Shown here: piece by piece, positions 30,090 through 38,797 of the stretch | Layout of the letters: every line of letters begins with the position of its first letter | How positions within the stretch are numbered: position 1 is the first letter of the stretch | From: an uncultured Acidobacteriota bacterium | Lineage (GTDB): Bacteria; Acidobacteriota; Thermoanaerobaculia; Multivoradales; UBA5704 | DNA: 64,000 bases | Direction: 5' to 3' | Assembly (NCBI GenBank): GCA_963770895.1 | Contig: CAVYRF010000002.1 | Span: 1,696,001-1,760,000, forward strand | Made by a program: the position numbers and the translations under genes | The notes under the pieces: model-generated | What the model saw: only the letters and a program-made list of their open reading frames with translations | What the model was told of the DNA's origin: nothing | Database searches by the model: none

Positions 30090-30914
30090 ATGGACAGCAC
30101 GCTCGCCGCCCCCGCCGCCCCCTCCACCACCACCGCCCCTGCCGTCGAACCGCTGGTCATCGCCGGCCGCTCGTTCCGGTCGCGGCTGTTTCTGGGCACC
30201 GGCAAGTACCCGGACTTTGCCACCATGGCGGCGGCGCTCGACGCCTCCGGCACCGAGGTGGTCACCGTGGCGTTGCGGCGGGTCAACCTGGACGAGCGCG
30301 GCCAGGGGTCGCTGCTGGACTACGTCGACCCAGAGCGCTACCTGTTGCTGCCCAACACCGCCGGCTGCTACACCGCCGACGAGGCCATCCGCACCGCCCG
30401 CCTGGCGCGCGAGCTGGGGGGCTGGGATTGGGTGAAGCTGGAGGTGATCGGCGATCCGCAAACCCTCTTCCCCGACAACGTCGAGCTGCTGAAAGCCACC
30501 GAGCGCCTGGTCGCGGAAGGCTTTGTCGTCCTCGCCTATACCAACGACGACCCGGTGGTCTGCCGCAAGCTGGCGGCCCTGGGCGCCGCCGCCGTCATGC
30601 CCGCCGGCGCCCCCATCGGCTCGGGCATGGGCATCCGCAACCCCGCCAACCTGCGCATCATCCTCGAACAGGCCACCGTTCCCATCCTGGTCGACGCCGG
30701 CGTCGGCACCGCCAGCGACGCCGCCATCGCCATGGAGCTGGGCGCCCAGGGCGTGCTGATGAACACCGCCATCGCCGGCGCCGCCGATCCCATCAAGATG
30801 GCCCGCGCCATGCGCCTGGCCGTCGAAGCCGGCTACCTTGCAGCCCACGCGGGCCGCATTCCCCGCAAGCTGTACGCCTCGGCCTCCTCACCGCTGACCG
30901 GCCTGCTCGACTGA
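30090..30914 (+). CDS. thiG: Thiazole synthase
   Basis: [37 protein letters not shown]. Confidence 0.96.
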   Translation: MDSTLAAPAAPSTTTAPAVEPLVIAGRSFRSRLFLGTGKYPDFATMAAALDASGTEVVTVALRRVNLDERGQGSLLDYVDPERYLLLPNTAGCYTADEAIRTARLARELGGWDWVKLEVIGDPQTLFPDNVELLKATERLVAEGFVVLAYTNDDPVVCRKLAALGAAAVMPAGAPIGSGMGIRNPANLRIILEQATVPILVDAGVGTASDAAIAMELGAQGVLMNTAIAGAADPIKMARAMRLAVEAGYLAAHAGRIPRKLYASASSPLTGLLD

Positions 30915-30949
30915 CCCGTCCCCCCGACCGGCCTAGTGTCCCTTCGGCC

Positions 30950-33616
30950 GTGAAGCTGTTCGAGCAAATGGCGGGCGGCCGGCTGCGGCGCGAGGCGGAC
31001 TTGGATGCCGAGCTGCAAGCCGCGTTCGACATCCTGGTCCGGCAGTATGCGCAAACCCTGCCCCTCACCGAGGCGCGGCGGCAGGCCCGGCTCGCCTTCG
31101 GCGCCCTGGATCCGATCAAGGAGAACGTGCGCCGTGTGGCGGTGTTCCGGGCCGCCCTGCACACCGTCGTGCAGGACGTGCGCCACGCTCTGCGCGGGCT
31201 GCTGCGCGACCGCGGCTTCGCCTGCGTGGCGGTGCTTTCGCTGGCGCTGGGCATCGGCGCCAACGCCGCGATCTTCACCTTCTTTAACGCCGTCCTGCTG
31301 CGCCCGCTTGCCGCCCGCCAGCCGGAGCAGCTGGCCGCGATCTACACCAGGGCAGCCGGCAACCCGACGCTGCTGCGCACGTCGCTGCCCAACTATCTGG
31401 ATCTCAGTGCCCGCAGCCGAGCCTTCACGGGCCTGGTCGCCTTCAGCGGCTCCGGCGTGACGGTCAACCGGATCGTCCAGGGCGAGCCGGTGCAGGAGCA
31501 CGCCCAGCTGGTGTCCGACAACTACTTTTCGGTCCTCGGCGTCCAGCTCCGGGGCCACGGTTTCAGCGTCGGCTCGTCCGGCTCCGCGGGCGGCCCCGCC
31601 GAGGTGGTGATCTCCGATCGGCTGTGGCGCTTGCGCCGCGGCGCGGATCGCGCTCCCGTCGGCAGCATCCTGCGCATCAACGGCCACGCGCTGACGATCG
31701 TCGGCGTGGCGCCGCCCGGCTTTTCCGGCCTTAGCCGGCTGTCGCCGGTCGACGTCTGGCTGCCGGTGCGGCTGGCCGGATGGCTCGGCGTCGACAACTT
31801 CGGCGGTTTCACCGCGTCGCGCCGGACGGGGGTCTTCGACGTCGTCGGGCGGCTGCGCCCGGGCGTCAGCCTGGCGGCGGCGCAGGCCGAGATCCACCGC
31901 ATCGACGCGGACCTGGCCGCGCGCTACCCGGTCGACGATCAGGGGCGCGGTTTCGAGCTGTTGGGGCCGGAGTCCTGTGCCATCGACCCCAACGTCCGCG
32001 CCGGCTACGTCGGCGGCGGGGTGCTCTCGCTGCTGGCCTCCGGCGCGGCGCTGGCGGTCGCCTGCGCCAACCTGGCCGGCCTGCTGATCACCCGCGGTGC
32101 CGGGCGCCGGCGCGAGATCGCGGTGCGGCTCGCCCTCGGCGCCAGCCGCCGGCGGCTGATCCGTATGCTGCTGACCGAAAGCCTGCTGCTGGCCCTTACC
32201 GGTGGCGCGGGCGGCCTGCTGATGGCAGTCTGGCTGCGGGACGCGCTGTGGTCGCTGCGGCCGCCCAACTTTCCGCAATCCCTGCCGATCGGCATCGACG
32301 GCCGAGTCCTGCTGTACACCCTGACGCTGGCGCTGCTGACCGGCGTGCTCTTCGGCCTGGCGCCGGCGCTGCAGATCTCGCGCCCGGACCTGGCCGAAGC
32401 GCTCAAGAACCCATCCGGCCACCCCGTCCGGCGAGGATGGCGCGGCCCGCGGCTGGGCCAGCTGCTGGTGGCGGCGCAGGTGGCGTTCGCGATGCTGCCG
32501 CTGTTCGGCGCCGGGCTTTTTCTGCGCAGCTTCGACAGCGCCAGGCGGTTCGACCCCGGATACCAGGTCGATCGGGAGGTCGTGGCAACCTTCGACCTGG
32601 GCACCGCCGGGTACTCGCTGGTGCAGGGCGCGATGCTCTATCACCACCTCCCCGACCAGATCCAGGCGCTGCCCGGAGTGGCGGACGCGGCGCTGGCGGA
32701 GAGCCTCAATCTCGACCCCGAAAACTTCTTGCGCACCGTCTTTCGCCGCAAGGAGCACGACGCTGCCGACGCCACGCTGGTGAACTCCAACGTGGTGACT
32801 CCCTCCTATTTCAAGACGCTCGGCATCCCGTTGCTCGCGGGCCGCGGCTTCACGGATACAGGCGGTTGGGGGGCGCCTCCCGAGGCGGTGGTCAACAGCG
32901 CCCTGGCGGAGCGCCTCTGGCCGGGAGATTCGGCCGTCGGCAAGCGGCTCTACCTGTTCCGCTCCGACGAGCCGATGGTGGTCGTGGGCGTCGTGCGCGA
33001 TGCCAAGTACCTGTCGCTGATGGAGGAGCGGCGGCCCTATCTTTACCTGTCGCTGGTGCGGGAGTTCACCACCCCGATCTACGTGCACGTGCGCGTGGCG
33101 CCTCACATCGATCCGGCGGCGGTCCTGGGCGCGGTGCGCAAGACGATCCGCCGCCTGGCGCCGACCGTCGCCATCGGCGATACCCTCACTCTGCGAGAGC
33201 TGTTCGCGCGCAGCCTTTGGGCGCCCCGCCTGGGCGCCGCCGTGCTGGTGAGCTTCGCGATCCTGGTGCTGGTGCTGGTGGCGATCGGGCTCTACGGCGC
33301 GGTGTCCCAAGCGGTCCGCCACCAGCGCCGGGAGCTGGGGATCCGCATGGCAGTGGGCGCCAGCCGGTGGGCAATCCTGAGGTCGGTGCTCACCGCCGGC
33401 CTGGGCCCGGCCACCGCCGGCCTCGCCGTGGGAGCTGCCGGATCGCTCCTGGTCGCCCCGGCGGTGTCGCCGTTCCTGTTCCGCCTGGGCGGCGGCGACG
33501 GGCCGGTGCTCGCCGGCGCCGTCCTGGTGCTGATTGCCGCGGCCTGGATCGCCAGCCTGTCCGCCGCGCACCGCGCCATGGCAATCGACCCCGTCGACGT
33601 GATCAAACAGGAGTAG
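30950..33616 (+). CDS. ADOP-family duplicated ABC permease (paralog of 41445-44117)
   Basis: DLDAEL N-terminal helix, LALGIGAN, ACANLAGLL, RELGIRMAVGA; start uncertain (GTG 30950 or ATG 30968). Confidence 0.87.
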   Translation: MKLFEQMAGGRLRREADLDAELQAAFDILVRQYAQTLPLTEARRQARLAFGALDPIKENVRRVAVFRAALHTVVQDVRHALRGLLRDRGFACVAVLSLALGIGANAAIFTFFNAVLLRPLAARQPEQLAAIYTRAAGNPTLLRTSLPNYLDLSARSRAFTGLVAFSGSGVTVNRIVQGEPVQEHAQLVSDNYFSVLGVQLRGHGFSVGSSGSAGGPAEVVISDRLWRLRRGADRAPVGSILRINGHALTIVGVAPPGFSGLSRLSPVDVWLPVRLAGWLGVDNFGGFTASRRTGVFDVVGRLRPGVSLAAAQAEIHRIDADLAARYPVDDQGRGFELLGPESCAIDPNVRAGYVGGGVLSLLASGAALAVACANLAGLLITRGAGRRREIAVRLALGASRRRLIRMLLTESLLLALTGGAGGLLMAVWLRDALWSLRPPNFPQSLPIGIDGRVLLYTLTLALLTGVLFGLAPALQISRPDLAEALKNPSGHPVRRGWRGPRLGQLLVAAQVAFAMLPLFGAGLFLRSFDSARRFDPGYQVDREVVATFDLGTAGYSLVQGAMLYHHLPDQIQALPGVADAALAESLNLDPENFLRTVFRRKEHDAADATLVNSNVVTPSYFKTLGIPLLAGRGFTDTGGWGAPPEAVVNSALAERLWPGDSAVGKRLYLFRSDEPMVVVGVVRDAKYLSLMEERRPYLYLSLVREFTTPIYVHVRVAPHIDPAAVLGAVRKTIRRLAPTVAIGDTLTLRELFARSLWAPRLGAAVLVSFAILVLVLVAIGLYGAVSQAVRHQRRELGIRMAVGASRWAILRSVLTAGLGPATAGLAVGAAGSLLVAPAVSPFLFRLGGGDGPVLAGAVLVLIAAAWIASLSAAHRAMAIDPVDVIKQE

Positions 33617-33763
33617 CGCGCCGGCACGCCTCTCTGCGTCGGCACCCATCTATCTCAACGCCATGGGTGGCGGGGGGCTGGAGGCGAGCGGCCGAGCGCC
33701 GGCCCGGCGTATGGATGCCGGGCCGGCGGGGCATTGGAGGATCAGCCGGTGCAGGCCGGCCGG

Positions 33764-34336
33764 TCAGCGGCCGACGGGGGCCGCGACCTCGCTCTTGGCG
33801 AAGAGGGCGACCATCTCGCGGTTGAAGGCCGGGATGTCGTCGGGCTTGCGGCTGGTGACCAGGTTGCCGTCGGCCACCACCTCCCTGTCCACCCAGCGGC
33901 CGCCGGCGTTCTTGAGATCGGTCTTGATCGACGGGAACGAGGTGATCTCGCGGCCGCGAACGACGTCGGCTTCGGCCAGCATCCAGGGTCCGTGGCAGAT
34001 CGCCGCGACCGGCTTGCCGGCGTCGAAGAAGCTGCGCACGAAGCGGACCGCCTGCGGCTCCCGGCGCAGGTGATCGGGGTTCATCACTCCGCCAGGCAGC
34101 AGCAGGGCGTCGAATTGGTCGGCCCGCGCTTCGGCGAGCGGCGTGTCGACCTTCACCTCCTTGCCCCAATCGGTCATCTTCCAGCCTTTCACCTTGCCCT
34201 TGGCGGGCGAAACCACCACCGTTTTGGCGCCCGCATCCTCCAGCGCCTGCCGCGGCTCCATCAGCTCCACCTCTTCGAAGCCGTCCGCGACCAGGATCGC
34301 GACCTTCTTGCCTTTGAGATCTTCCTTGCTGGTCAT
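33764..34336 (-). CDS. PfpI/DJ-1 family protein (type 1 glutamine amidotransferase fold)
   Basis: [28 protein letters not shown]; AAGGAGG RBS. Confidence 0.93.
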   Translation of the reverse strand: MTSKEDLKGKKVAILVADGFEEVELMEPRQALEDAGAKTVVVSPAKGKVKGWKMTDWGKEVKVDTPLAEARADQFDALLLPGGVMNPDHLRREPQAVRFVRSFFDAGKPVAAICHGPWMLAEADVVRGREITSFPSIKTDLKNAGGRWVDREVVADGNLVTSRKPDDIPAFNREMVALFAKSEVAAPVGR

Positions 34337-34560
34337 GCAAACCTCCTTCTGCTGCTGTCCGGCGACGCCCCGTACCCGCTCGTCGAAGCACGATTGCGCA
34401 AGCCCGCGGGCCGGCATCCGTCGCCACCCCCAGCCTGGAGCAACATGGATGCCAGACCGCCTGCAACCCTTTCCCCTTGCCGGCGCCGCGGCGGATCAGC
34501 GTATGATGTGCCGCCTTGGCCGCCGCAAGATCAGGCTGAGGACCAAAAAGGAGGTGCACC

Positions 34561-34812
34561 ATGCCAACCAAGGACGGATTCGACGACCTGCCCCGCTTTT
34601 GAACGGAGCAGCAAACGACGTCAGGGCTTCCCCTCCGAAACCCGCGTCAAACGCGGCCCAAGGACGGTCCACGGGGACAAGGAGCTGCTCGAAAAGCTCG
34701 GCCGCAACGACCCATGCCCCTGCGGCTCCGGCCGCCGCTTTCAAAAACTGCTGTCTGCCCGCCGGCCGCTTTTGAAGGGTCGGAGCGCGGCCACTACCTC
34801 CGCCCACCGTAA
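34561..34812 (+). CDS. Small SEC-C zinc-knuckle protein, coding sequence split over successive frames (three +1 shifts; 82 aa if fully recoded)
   Basis: AAGGAGGT RBS + ATG 34561; [16 protein letters not shown] in one frame and KNCC in the next; junctions at CGC TTT TGA, CGC TTT CAA and CGC TTT TGA. Confidence 0.75.
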
Positions 34813-34822
34813 CCACTGAACC

Positions 34823-34850
34823 CGGGCCGGCCGCCGTACTGGCCGGCCCG
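34823..34850 (+). terminator. GC-rich hairpin after the SEC-C gene
   Basis: CGGGCCGGCC/GGCCGGCCCG perfect 10-bp stem; weak U tract. Confidence 0.5.
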
Positions 34851-35004
34851 ATTCGGCGTCCCGGCGCGTGCCACGAGGCTTAGGATGCGGCGGCGCGGCG
34901 AGGAAACGACCGGCGGCTTTTGCCGGCGGCCCGCTTGCGTTCGGATTGGCGTTATACTTCCGTAAAGCGCTGCATGAAGCTGCGGTGCTTCGCGTGAGGT
35001 TCCA

Positions 35005-35688
35005 GTGAATACAGGGGTCAGGCAGGATGGGCAGGATCTGCGGGCGACGCCGGCGTATACGGTCGCCGAGGCGGCACGCTACCTTTCCATTCCCTATCCG
35101 ACGCTGCGATCTTGGTTTGCCGGGATTGAAGGGCATTTCAAAGCGGTCGTGCGTTGGGAAGTTGCTGAGGACCACCGCCTCTCGTTCTCGAACCTCGTCG
35201 AGGCGCACGTGCTCCGGGCGCTCAGGACCAAATATGGGATCTCGATGTCCAACGTGCGCACGGCGATCCGCTACGTTGAGCAAAGGGAGAACATCGACCG
35301 CCTGCTCCTGCATCCTGGCCTTCGCGCCGGGCTTGGCCGCCTCTTCCTCAAGAAGTACGCCGAGCTGATCGAGCTTGCCCCAAGCACCCAGCACGTCATC
35401 GAGCGGGCTTTTGAACAATATCTGGAAGCTGTCGTGCAGGATCCCGTCGGTGTGCCGGTCAAGCTGCATCCGTGGATACCGGATCCGCAGGTCGGTCCCA
35501 AGAAGAGTATTGTCATCGATCCAAAAGTCTCGTTCGGCCGGCCGGTAACAACGATTCGCGGTATCACGACGGTCGTGCTGGCCGACCAGTTTGACGCCGG
35601 CGCTTCGATCGAAGCGCTCGCGGAAGACTATGGGCTCTCGCAGGCAGCGATCGAGGACGCCCTTGCCTTCGAACGAGCCGCCGCCTGA
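35005..35688 (+). CDS. HTH + DUF433 antitoxin (VapB45-like)
   Basis: YTVAEAARYL..TLRSW, LSFSNLVE, IDPKVSFGRP..IEALAEDYGL. Confidence 0.85.
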   Translation: MNTGVRQDGQDLRATPAYTVAEAARYLSIPYPTLRSWFAGIEGHFKAVVRWEVAEDHRLSFSNLVEAHVLRALRTKYGISMSNVRTAIRYVEQRENIDRLLLHPGLRAGLGRLFLKKYAELIELAPSTQHVIERAFEQYLEAVVQDPVGVPVKLHPWIPDPQVGPKKSIVIDPKVSFGRPVTTIRGITTVVLADQFDAGASIEALAEDYGLSQAAIEDALAFERAAA

Positions 35689-36094
35689 CCCTGTCTTCTT
35701 TGTAGATCGGGATCTTGGCCGGCGGTTTCCAGCAATCCTTAAGATAGGCGGTCTCTCGGTAGAGATCCACGACGACCACTACCCGGGTGTCGAGAAGCCA
35801 CCCGATCACGTTTGGCTTCAGATGACAGCGGAACGGGGTTGGGTTGCAGTTTCCCACGACGCCAACATCCGCCATACGTCGCGGTCGCGAGACATCATCG
35901 CTGAAGCCCGCGCGCGGCTGATCGTGGTGAAGGGAAAGGCTCGCACCCAGGACCTGGCCCAGAACTTCCTCCGCACCTACGCCGCGATCTCCCGTTTTAT
36001 CGCGCTTCGCAGGGGTCCAAGGATCGCCAAGCTCTACAGGCATGCGGAGGATGCAGCGCGGCCTGGAAGGATTGAGGGGTGGTGGGAGGGCTGA
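35663..36094 (+). CDS. PIN-like toxin (VapC45-like)
   Basis: FFVDRDLG, DHVWL, VSHDANI; overlaps the antitoxin stop. Confidence 0.8.
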   Translation: MPSNEPPPDPVFFVDRDLGRRFPAILKIGGLSVEIHDDHYPGVEKPPDHVWLQMTAERGWVAVSHDANIRHTSRSRDIIAEARARLIVVKGKARTQDLAQNFLRTYAAISRFIALRRGPRIAKLYRHAEDAARPGRIEGWWEG

Positions 36095-36211
36095 TGGGTC
36101 GTTCGGGACGGCAGAACGCCCGAGGCAAGCGTTCCGATGTTCCGATCGGCGCCTCTTGGCAACGGATCGACGGGTGGGTTATGATGGCGGCATCATCACG
36201 ATGCTACGAAG

Positions 36212-37357
36212 GTGAATCGCCGCGATGTATTAAGGGTTGGTCTGCTGGTCGGAGGGCAGGCCGCGTTTGCCCCGCTGCTCCGTCTTTGCTCGGCGCAGGT
36301 GCTGCCTGCGGGGCCGGGTCAGATACCGGCTTCTGCCCCGCCGCAGCTGCCGCTGTCCGATCGCGCCGCGGAGATCGTTCACCAGACCACGGTGGTGGAC
36401 ATGTTGAGCCTGCTGACGCTCGACTGGCCGCAGCTGTATGCGTGGGAGCGCGAGCCGCGCCGGCTGGGCATTCCTGAGATCGCACGTCTGCGGGCGTCCG
36501 GGATCCGCGTGTTTCATCCGGCGGTCGACCCCAACTCGCCGGACGCGCGGGGAGCGGCGTTGCGTTGGATGAGCGGCTGGAACCGGCTGATCGAGGGCCA
36601 TCCGCTGACCCTGCGGCGGATCGACGGCGTGGCCGATTTCGGCCGGCTGCAGAGCGAGGACCGGATCGGCCTGTTGCTCGGCTTCCAGAACTCCAACCAC
36701 TTCCATTCGGCCGCCGACGTGGAGGAGTTCTACAACCTGGGACAGCGGGTGTCGCAGCTGACGTACAACGAGCGCAACCGGTTGGGCAGCGGCTGCACCG
36801 ATCCTGACCAGGGCGGGCTGTCGGAGTTTGGCGCCACGATCGTCGCGGCGATGAACCGCCAGGGCATGGCGATCGACATTTCCCACTGCGGCGAGCGCAC
36901 TTCCCTGGACGCCCTGGCGGCATCGACCAAGCCGGTGCTGATCACCCACTCGAACTGTCGCGCCCTGGTGCACCATCCGCGCTGCAAATCGGATGCGGTG
37001 ATTCGCGCCATGGCCGCCAAGGGTGGCGTGATCGGTATCAGCGTGCTGCCGATGATGCTGTCGGTCGGCCGCCCCGCCACCCTGGACGACGTTCTCGACC
37101 AGTTCGACCACGTGGCCGGATTGGTCGGCGTGGAACACGTCGGTCTGGGCAGCGACACCGACGTCGATGCCATCGATCCTCGCACCCACCGCACCCGCTC
37201 GGGCTACGCCGTGCGCGGCCTGAACCACGTCCATCGCGTCTTCGAGCTGGCCGAGGGCCTGCTGCGCCGCGGCTTTGGCGCCGCCGACGTGGCCGGCATC
37301 CTGGGCGGCAACTTTCAGCGCGCCCTGACCGACATCTGGACTCCCACCGCGGCCTAG
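36212..37357 (+). CDS. Membrane dipeptidase (M19) with Tat signal
   Basis: NRRDVL Tat motif; QLTYN, DISH, ITHSN, VGLGSD. Confidence 0.88.
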   Translation: MNRRDVLRVGLLVGGQAAFAPLLRLCSAQVLPAGPGQIPASAPPQLPLSDRAAEIVHQTTVVDMLSLLTLDWPQLYAWEREPRRLGIPEIARLRASGIRVFHPAVDPNSPDARGAALRWMSGWNRLIEGHPLTLRRIDGVADFGRLQSEDRIGLLLGFQNSNHFHSAADVEEFYNLGQRVSQLTYNERNRLGSGCTDPDQGGLSEFGATIVAAMNRQGMAIDISHCGERTSLDALAASTKPVLITHSNCRALVHHPRCKSDAVIRAMAAKGGVIGISVLPMMLSVGRPATLDDVLDQFDHVAGLVGVEHVGLGSDTDVDAIDPRTHRTRSGYAVRGLNHVHRVFELAEGLLRRGFGAADVAGILGGNFQRALTDIWTPTAA

Positions 37358-37373
37358 CCTAAGCCTGGCCGAG

Positions 37374-38597
37374 CTAGCGTTTCGCGGCCGGCTGACGACG
37401 GGGCTTGGTGGGCGGGATGCCGGCTTCGCGCAGCACTTCGGCGGTGTGCTGGCCCACGGCGGGTGGCGGCTTCGCGGGGGCTGGCCGCGCGCCGTCGAAC
37501 AGGAAGGGCGCGGCGATGGATTGGAGCGCGCCGTAGATGCCGTCCGGCAGGTCGATGAGCTGGCCGCGGTCGCGCGCCTTGGCGATGGCTTGGGCCATCG
37601 TGGCCGGCGGCCCGGCGGGGACGCGATGGGCGCGCATCGCGGCGTCCCAATGCGCCACCGGCTGGGCGGCGAAGATTGGGGCCAGCCGCGCCTCCAGCGG
37701 CACGCGGTGCGTCACGCGGTCCCGCGCCGTGGCGAAGCGCGGATCGTGCTCCAGGTCGGGGCAGCCGATCGCGGCGCAGAAGCGGCCCCACAGGTCGGGG
37801 CTGCCGACGCCGACCACGAACCAGCCGTCCGCCGCCTGGAACGCCTGGTAGGGCGTGAGGTTGGGGTGTCCCGAACCGAACCGGCCGGGCTGGCGGCCAT
37901 CGGCCAGCCAGGATTGCACCGCATAGGACAGAAACGAAGCGCCGGCGTCGACCAGCGAAACTTCGACGTGCTGTCCCCGTCCCGACGCGTCGCGCTGGCG
38001 CAGGGCGGCGAGCGTCGCGGCGAGGCCGTACAGCGCCGACGCGAGGTCGACGATCGCCACGCCCACGCGGACCGGTTCGCCGCCGGCGAAGCCGGTGAGC
38101 GACATCAACCCCGATTCGGCCTGCAGCACCAGGTCGTAAGCGGGCCGGTCGGCCTCGGGGCCGCTCGAGCCGTAGCTGGTGACCGTGCACTGCACCAGCC
38201 GCGGATGGCGGCGGGTGAAGCGCGCGCTGCGAAATCCCAGGTTTCGCCACTGCGACGGCAGGAAGTTCTCGATCAGGATGTCGGCGCCGGCGAGCAGCCG
38301 CTGCAGCGCCGTCCGCCCCGCCGCCGTCGCCAGGTCCAGCGCCACCGAGCGTTTGTTGCGGTTGGCGGAGACAAAATAGGCGCTGGTGCGGTGCGCCCCG
38401 GTCCCCACCCACGGCGGCCCCCAGGCGCGCGTCTGGTCGCCGTCGCCCGGCCGCTCGATCTTGATCACGTCGGCGCCCAGGTCGCCCAGCATCATCGCCA
38501 GGTACGGCCCGGCCAGCACGCGCGACGCATCCACCACCCGCACGCCGGCAAGCGGCAGGGAGCGACGACCACGACGCTGGCGGCTGCTGGCACCCAC
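37374..38597 (-). CDS. CaiB/BaiF class III CoA-transferase
   Basis: SRVLAGPY..LGDLGADVIKIE, NRNKRS, AYDLVLQAESG. Confidence 0.93.
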   Translation of the reverse strand: MGASSRQRRGRRSLPLAGVRVVDASRVLAGPYLAMMLGDLGADVIKIERPGDGDQTRAWGPPWVGTGAHRTSAYFVSANRNKRSVALDLATAAGRTALQRLLAGADILIENFLPSQWRNLGFRSARFTRRHPRLVQCTVTSYGSSGPEADRPAYDLVLQAESGLMSLTGFAGGEPVRVGVAIVDLASALYGLAATLAALRQRDASGRGQHVEVSLVDAGASFLSYAVQSWLADGRQPGRFGSGHPNLTPYQAFQAADGWFVVGVGSPDLWGRFCAAIGCPDLEHDPRFATARDRVTHRVPLEARLAPIFAAQPVAHWDAAMRAHRVPAGPPATMAQAIAKARDRGQLIDLPDGIYGALQSIAAPFLFDGARPAPAKPPPAVGQHTAEVLREAGIPPTKPRRQPAAKR

Positions 38598-38797
38598 TGC
38601 GCGGCGATGCTACCAGGCCGCGACGCTCCGCGGGCTGCCGACCCGCGCGCGGAGCGCGCGGACACTGCGGGCCGGCATCCTGAAAGGGTTGCCCACGCCC
38701 TGCCGCGGACCTGTTCCAGATCTCGATGCCGGCAGCGTCGCGGACCGGCAGCTCGCGCTTCTGGCGCAGCGCATCGCGGTAGTGGTCAAGGCTGCCG

